A stretch of 61,499 nucleotides of DNA, the filler included, from Piptocephalis cylindrospora (Eukaryota), in the NCBI GenBank assembly GCA_003614145.1. It is 3 parts of 3 records of this genome, joined end to end, with 100 filler letters (N's around TTAATTAATTAA, not from the genome) between each part and the next. Parts side by side here need not be neighbours in the genome. Positions count along the whole stretch, not along the records: positions 41,345 to 61,499 come from KZ987817.1; 2 more parts are not named here. One strand, given 5' to 3'. The translations under genes and the position numbers were made by a program. Positions 60,786 to 61,499 of the stretch are shown here, piece after piece; position 1 is the stretch's first letter; each line of letters begins with the position of its first letter. The notes under the pieces were generated by a model. The model did no database searches. It had not been told where the DNA came from and was given only the letters and a program-made list of their open reading frames with translations.

Positions 60786-61499
60786 TTAAGCCACTTCCCC
60801 GCCTAGCCACCGAATAACCCGGTTGCCACGGACACCCACCGCTCGAACAGTCTGCTCGGTGACCATCTCCTGGATGGCTTGTTCAATCTCCCGGACGCCC
60901 ATACCCACTTGACCTTGATCGTTGATCTCTTGGACAAGATGGCGGAAGGGGACCGATCCTCGGGAACGAACAAGCTCCCGAAGCTGTCCCTTAAGGACGA
61001 CGAGACGTTCGCGCATAGCCGAGCCCATTCCAGTGGTAAGAAGGTCCATGTCAATAAGACCCGTATCGGGTTGGATGGCAGCCTTCTGCATGGCAGAAAT
61101 AAGCAGCCTCTTGGCCTCAGAGACGTCCAGTTCAGTAACTTCAGGAGATAGATGCAAACGGGCATGGGCCTCGGAGAGACGGATGAGAGACTCAAGCTGA
61201 CGAGGCGTAGCACTGACTCGTTGGCCTCCGCCTTCCCGACGCAGGGTGACATAGGCATCAACAAGAGCTTCTCCGGCCGCAGAGGTCAAAATGGGGTTAC
61301 AAGCAGTGCGAGCATATTGAATGTACCTGGCCAGAGAAGGACGATCAATGAGGGCCTGGGCCCCCTGAGCAGGAGAGGGGGAGGGATCATCTTCGAGGTA
61401 AAGGGAGACGAGGTGACGGGCGAGATTTCTGTCAAATTCAGGCTCCACTCGATCGAGAAGGATGTAAAGGAGATCAAACCGGGAGAGAAGGGTCGGGGG
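60786..61499 (-). CDS. MCM4: MCM replicative helicase subunit, MCM4-like, 3' portion
   Basis: PTLLSRFDLLYILLD (SRF arginine finger); DRNLARHLVSLYLED; SATPRQLESLIRLSEAHARL; AAIQPDTGLIDMDLLTTG, which is characteristic of Mcm4. Confidence 0.88.
   Translation of the reverse strand, partial: PPTLLSRFDLLYILLDRVEPEFDRNLARHLVSLYLEDDPSPSPAQGAQALIDRPSLARYIQYARTACNPILTSAAGEALVDAYVTLRREGGGQRVSATPRQLESLIRLSEAHARLHLSPEVTELDVSEAKRLLISAMQKAAIQPDTGLIDMDLLTTGMGSAMRERLVVLKGQLRELVRSRGSVPFRHLVQEINDQGQVGMGVREIEQAIQEMVTEQTVRAVGVRGNRVIRWLGGEVA

Overview
This is eukaryotic, gene-dense fungal DNA with short (~65-120 nt) GT-AG introns. It consists of three separate contigs (1-20581, 20682-41244, 41345-61499) joined by artificial N44-TTAATTAATTAA-N44 spacers. 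SERCA-type ATPase, eIF3d and the complex I assembly factor CIA30 argue against Saccharomyces-like yeasts. An early-diverging fungus is my impression only and is not established. Contig 1: SERCA Ca2+-ATPase (5' part), PI synthase, a Wsc-type sensor, prefoldin 1, a UbiB/ABC1 kinase, an Rtt107/Brc1-like BRCT protein, two tandem MCT-type MFS transporters, tRNA-Arg(CCT) and the 5' end of an MDL1-like ABC transporter. Contig 2: a mitochondrial carrier, a fatty-acid elongase, PanB/ECM31, a TPMT/halide-thiol methyltransferase, Nup192, CIA30 and NOG2. Contig 3: separase (3' truncated), a small secreted protein, a GH18 chitinase, a YqjM-type Old Yellow Enzyme, TRM5, eIF3d, tRNA-Ser(AGA) and the 3' end of MCM4. 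Most of the window is housekeeping, and I cannot demonstrate a novel multi-gene system. The best leads are: tandem palindromes followed by a spliced micro-ORF upstream of SERCA; a Wsc sensor with almost no Ser/Thr stalk; an orphan secreted protein/chitinase/OYE trio with clear promoter motifs; a HOL1-like methyltransferase with motif substitutions; and a nested direct-repeat island near 55 kb. All gene calls come from manual translation and motif recognition; no database searches were run.
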